NCBI GenBank assembly: GCA_027323885.1
Contig: DAHVZT010000118.1
Span: forward strand, 2,333-66,332
DNA length: 64,000 bases
DNA from: Acidobacteriaceae bacterium
GTDB lineage: Bacteria > Acidobacteriota > Terriglobia > Terriglobales > Acidobacteriaceae
Direction of reading: 5' to 3'
How positions within the stretch are numbered: position 1 is the stretch's first letter; each line of letters begins with the position of its first letter. The position numbers were made by a program, and so were the translations under genes. Below the pieces are notes generated by a model that was not told the origin of the DNA, made no database searches, and saw nothing but the letters and a program-made list of their open reading frames with translations. Of this stretch, positions 61,776 to 64,000 are shown piece after piece.

Positions 61776-62819
61776 ATGCGGGTTGGCATTTTGACAGGTG
61801 GCGGGGATTGCCCCGGATTGAACGCGGTGATTCGGGCGGCGGTGCGCAAAGGAATTTTCCATCATGGCGATGAGTTCGTCGGCTTTATGGAAGGCTGGCG
61901 CGGCGTGCTGGAAGACAAAACGATGCCGCTGACCATCGACACGGTTTCCGGCATTCTTCACCTGGGCGGCACGATTCTGCGCACCTCCCGCACCAATGCC
62001 CGCAAAAAGGAAGGCGGCATCGAGCAGTGCATCGCCACCATACAGCGCAACAAGCTGGACGCCATGATTACGATTGGCGGCGACGATACGCAGGGCGTGG
62101 CCAATGCGCTGGTACAAAAAGGCGTGAAGTGCGTCGGCGTGCCCAAGACGATCGACAACGACCTGAGCGGCACGGACGTTTGCTTCGGGTTTGACACGGC
62201 AGTCAGCATCGCGACCGAAGCTGTCGACCGGCTGCATTCTACGGCCGAAGCGCACAATCGCGTGATCGTGTGTGAAGTAATGGGTCGCGACGCTGGCTGG
62301 ATCGCGCTCTACAGCGGGATCGCCGGTGGGGCCGACGCAATCCTGGTGCCGGAGAAGCCGATCGATCTGGACGAAGTCTGCGCGATTGTGAAGGAACGCC
62401 ACGCGCGAGGGAAATACTTCAGCATCATCGTCGTTGCCGAAGGCGCCAAGATGCCCGCGAGCGGCGGTCTGGCGACCCATGGCGACAAGGTTGACGAGTT
62501 CGGTCACGCAAGGCTGGCTGGCATTGGGCAGTATGTGGCGGATGAAATTGAAAAACGTACCGGCTTTGAAACCCGCGCGGTGAACCTGGGCCACACCCAG
62601 CGCGGCGGCACTCCGACAGCTTTTGACCGGATGCTCGCCACGCGCTACGGCTCTGCTGCCATCGATCTTGTCCATCAAGGGAAGTTCGGGCGCCTGGTGG
62701 TGCTTCGCGGAACGGAGATCACTGACATTCCGCTGGCGGACGCGATTGCGAAAAATAAAACCGTGGGCGACGAGCTGCTGGCCCTGGGCCGGGGATTGCA
62801 GCCGATCCTCAAGAAATAG
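61776..62819 (+). CDS. pfkA: 6-phosphofructokinase, probably pyrophosphate-dependent
   Basis: The internal ATG 61776 is preceded by GGAG and gives MRVGILTGGGDCPGLNAVIR. TIGGDDT places Asp at residue 104 (codon 62085-62087). VPKTIDND places Lys at residue 124 (codon 62145-62147). Confidence 0.9.
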   Translation: MRVGILTGGGDCPGLNAVIRAAVRKGIFHHGDEFVGFMEGWRGVLEDKTMPLTIDTVSGILHLGGTILRTSRTNARKKEGGIEQCIATIQRNKLDAMITIGGDDTQGVANALVQKGVKCVGVPKTIDNDLSGTDVCFGFDTAVSIATEAVDRLHSTAEAHNRVIVCEVMGRDAGWIALYSGIAGGADAILVPEKPIDLDEVCAIVKERHARGKYFSIIVVAEGAKMPASGGLATHGDKVDEFGHARLAGIGQYVADEIEKRTGFETRAVNLGHTQRGGTPTAFDRMLATRYGSAAIDLVHQGKFGRLVVLRGTEITDIPLADAIAKNKTVGDELLALGRGLQPILKK

Positions 62820-62851
62820 CCGGCTGTCCACCACCACCGTCCCGCAGAAAC

Positions 62852-62877
62852 AATGGCCAGCACATGCTGGCCATTTT
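62852..62877 (+). terminator. Rho-independent-type terminator after pfk
   Basis: A perfect 10-bp stem, AATGGCCAGC (62852-62861) / GCTGGCCATT (62866-62875), with loop ACAT. The right arm runs into a TTTT stretch. Confidence 0.55.
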
Positions 62878-63252
62878 CCGTTCAGGGGATTCTCCGGTCC
62901 GAAGGGAATCTCCGCGTGTACACCCAAGCTGTTGGATTTGCGGACGTTCCGAATACATGATCTGGTATCTCGATCCACAAAAACACCCAGCCCGAGCCCC
63001 AAATTCGCCTGGCGTCCTCTAAAAGCCGAAAAAGCCTGTTGAATTCAGCAGGGAAGCAGCCTATAACCGAACTCCAGGCATTTCAAATCAAGGTGCGGAG
63101 ACGAACAAGCAATGCCAGGCTCCAGTCGCGTAAAGGCCAACAGGGTTGCGTCAGAAATTATGCTGCCGGCGAGCGGAGTATCTCGCCCGGGCGCTACCAG
63201 CAGCGGACCAGGCCCGGGGGCGCCTGCACCCCAGCGGGAAGTGAGAGAAGTT

Positions 63253-63477
63253 ATGGACATCCGGAACGCTGCAGACTATCTAGGGATCAGTCCGGATAGT
63301 CTTTACAAGTACGCGTCAGAGAACTTCATTCCAGCGTTCAAGCTCGGCAATCGGTGGCGTTTCAAACGCTCCCTGCTGGAGAACTGGATGGAACAGCAGA
63401 GTTCCCGCGAGCTTGGTCCCGAAAGGGAAAGACCACCCAGGCCCAAGCAGAAAAAGCCACCCGCGAAAGCGCGGTAA
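63253..63477 (+). CDS. Excisionase/AlpA-type helix-turn-helix (HTH_17-like) DNA-binding protein
   Basis: The internal ATG 63253 gives MDIRNAADYLGISPDSLYKYASENFIPAFKLGNRWRFKRSLLENWM, the typical excisionase-family HTH pattern, followed by a basic Pro/Lys tail. Confidence 0.7.
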   Translation: MDIRNAADYLGISPDSLYKYASENFIPAFKLGNRWRFKRSLLENWMEQQSSRELGPERERPPRPKQKKPPAKAR

Positions 63478-63481
63478 AAGC

Positions 63482-63520
63482 GCGGGGCGAGAGCGCGAAT
63501 GTTTGGCCCCGCCTTTTCTT
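63482..63520 (+). terminator. Hairpin + T-run downstream of the HTH gene
   Basis: Stem GCGGGGC (63482-63488) / GCCCCGC (63506-63512) with a 17-nt loop, followed by CTTTTCTTT. The large loop makes it a weak call. Confidence 0.35.
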
Positions 63521-63598
63521 TGCTGCTGCTGGCGTATTCTTCGGGACGAGGTTTGGCGCGGACCTGAGAAATTTTGTAGTGGGACGATTAAGGCAGCC

Positions 63599-63613
63599 GA
63601 ATTTCAGAAATTC
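63599..63613. promoter_or_regulatory. 15-bp perfect palindrome GAATTTCAGAAATTC upstream of the edge ORF
   Basis: GAATTTC / GAAATTC arms around a single central A, 79 nt upstream of ATG 63692. A 12-of-13 match (GAATTTCTGAAAT) occurs at 34279-34291. Confidence 0.35.
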
Positions 63614-63691
63614 CCTCACATGCGTCAGCACTCGCCTCCGATGTATAGTCTTTTCGAGAGATATCTCCCCCGGAAACGAGGTCTGGTGAAA

Positions 63692-64000
63692 ATGTCTGCT
63701 AAGCTCCTTGCCACATCGAAGTTTTTGAGAGATGTGGATAGCCTTCAGAAGAGCAAACGGAAGCAGGTGTACAAAATTCCCGAAGAAATTGATCGACTCC
63801 GGGAGGAAAAACTTAGGTTTCGAGTGGGAGGATCGAGCGTATATTCCTACCGAATCAACAATGACTACCGAATGATTTGGACAGAAGAACGCCATCCGGA
63901 TTATCTCCTGCGACTTGTCGGAGCCCACGACCCGGTTTATCGGGAAGCTGAAAGGCTTAAGCCGTTTCCCGGACGGAAAGCAGCTTCCTTCAGTGAGTTT
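63692..64000 (+). CDS. RelE/ParE-fold toxin-like N-terminal region of an ORF that continues past the window
   Basis: The frame from ATG 63692 has no stop through 64000 (103 codons) and is absent from the closed-ORF track. Translation: MSAKLLATSKFLRDVDSLQKSKRKQVYKIPEEIDRLREEKLRFRVGGSSVYSYRINNDYRMIWTEERHPDYLLRLVGAHDPVYREAERLKPFPGRKAASFSEF. The YR-x3-YR-hydrophobic and G-x-HD-x-VY layout resembles RelE/ParE toxins. Confidence 0.5.
   Translation, partial: MSAKLLATSKFLRDVDSLQKSKRKQVYKIPEEIDRLREEKLRFRVGGSSVYSYRINNDYRMIWTEERHPDYLLRLVGAHDPVYREAERLKPFPGRKAASFSEF

Noticed and set aside
62820-63252. Possible tRNA or tmRNA fragment, or att site, in the 433-bp spacer at the putative island border. For example, GTTCCGAATAC at ~62946 vaguely resembles a T-loop.
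   Set aside because: No cloverleaf can be drawn and the T-loop-like string has an extra base. No direct repeat partner is visible inside the window.
63362-63928. 188-aa minus-strand ORF, the only track entry covering the last 600 bp.
   Set aside because: It spans the HTH gene 3' end, the intergenic hairpin and the palindrome. It has no recognisable motif. It is antisense to a frame with a much more protein-like, family-resembling translation.
63253-64000. The HTH gene plus the RelE-like ORF read as a canonical type II antitoxin-toxin operon.
   Set aside because: The two are separated by 214 bp containing a hairpin with a T-run, rather than overlapping or abutting. The HTH is of the excisionase type rather than a typical antitoxin. 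The toxin-like ORF runs beyond normal toxin length.
1-64000. Window-wide look for CRISPR arrays, rRNA/tRNA genes, IS elements, integrases, and retron- or RT-like genes.
   Set aside because: No regularly spaced direct repeats, no transposase, integrase or RT motifs in any listed ORF, and no spacer long enough to hide an rRNA. The absence is by-eye only and should be confirmed with tRNAscan-SE, Infernal and MinCED.

Overview
This is a gene-dense bacterial chromosome segment of roughly 60% G+C with about 50 CDS; most intergenic spacers are under 110 bp. The protein content (Pro/Ala-rich secreted proteins, uncharacterised polytopic membrane proteins, a GT84-type glucan synthase, TreYZ) suggests a soil diderm such as an Acidobacteriota member, but that is inference only. 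I saw no rRNA, tRNA, CRISPR array, transposase or integrase.

Gene order, left to right:
- uvrA, which runs off the left edge and is therefore absent from the ORF track
- a divergent pair of secreted or lipoprotein unknowns
- nitroreductase, NUDIX hydrolase, alpha/beta hydrolase
- grx-like, purB, ubiX
- ctpA plus a membrane protein
- a SurA-like PPIase with a polylysine tail
- a YhaM-like nuclease and an EVE protein
- aroC, def, fmt, rsmB
- FAH-family protein, stand-alone PASTA protein, OsmC, a CDF with three cytoplasmic domains, ubiE, aroB
- nadB
- an ABC exporter and a GH94-less cyclic beta-1,2-glucan-synthase-like protein
- GH15, treZ, treY
- a Tat-exported GH144/DUF3131-like protein
- 2-oxoacid dehydrogenase E1 alpha and beta
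- argJ and an orphan ABC ATPase
- an eight-gene operon argR-argCBDFGH plus a short NAGS-like GNAT
- gltB, a D-aminoacylase-like hydrolase, a small secreted protein, and a probable PPi-dependent pfk
- an apparent core/accessory junction: the longest spacer, a G+C drop, an excisionase-type HTH gene, a palindrome, and a RelE/ParE-fold-like ORF that leaves the window (also absent from the track)

Most noteworthy observations:
1. The glucan, trehalose and glucanase gene neighbourhood at 28-42.6 kb.
2. Tandem ARG boxes over a near-consensus promoter between argR and gltB.
3. A short NAGS-like gene overlapping argH, with an AGGAGG inside argH.
4. Unusual domain architectures: a triple-CTD CDF, a PASTA-only protein, and a polylysine SurA tail.
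5. The truncated island edge at 62.8-64 kb.

No complete, clearly novel multi-gene system is visible inside the window. All family calls rest on motif recognition by eye, because no database search could be run.
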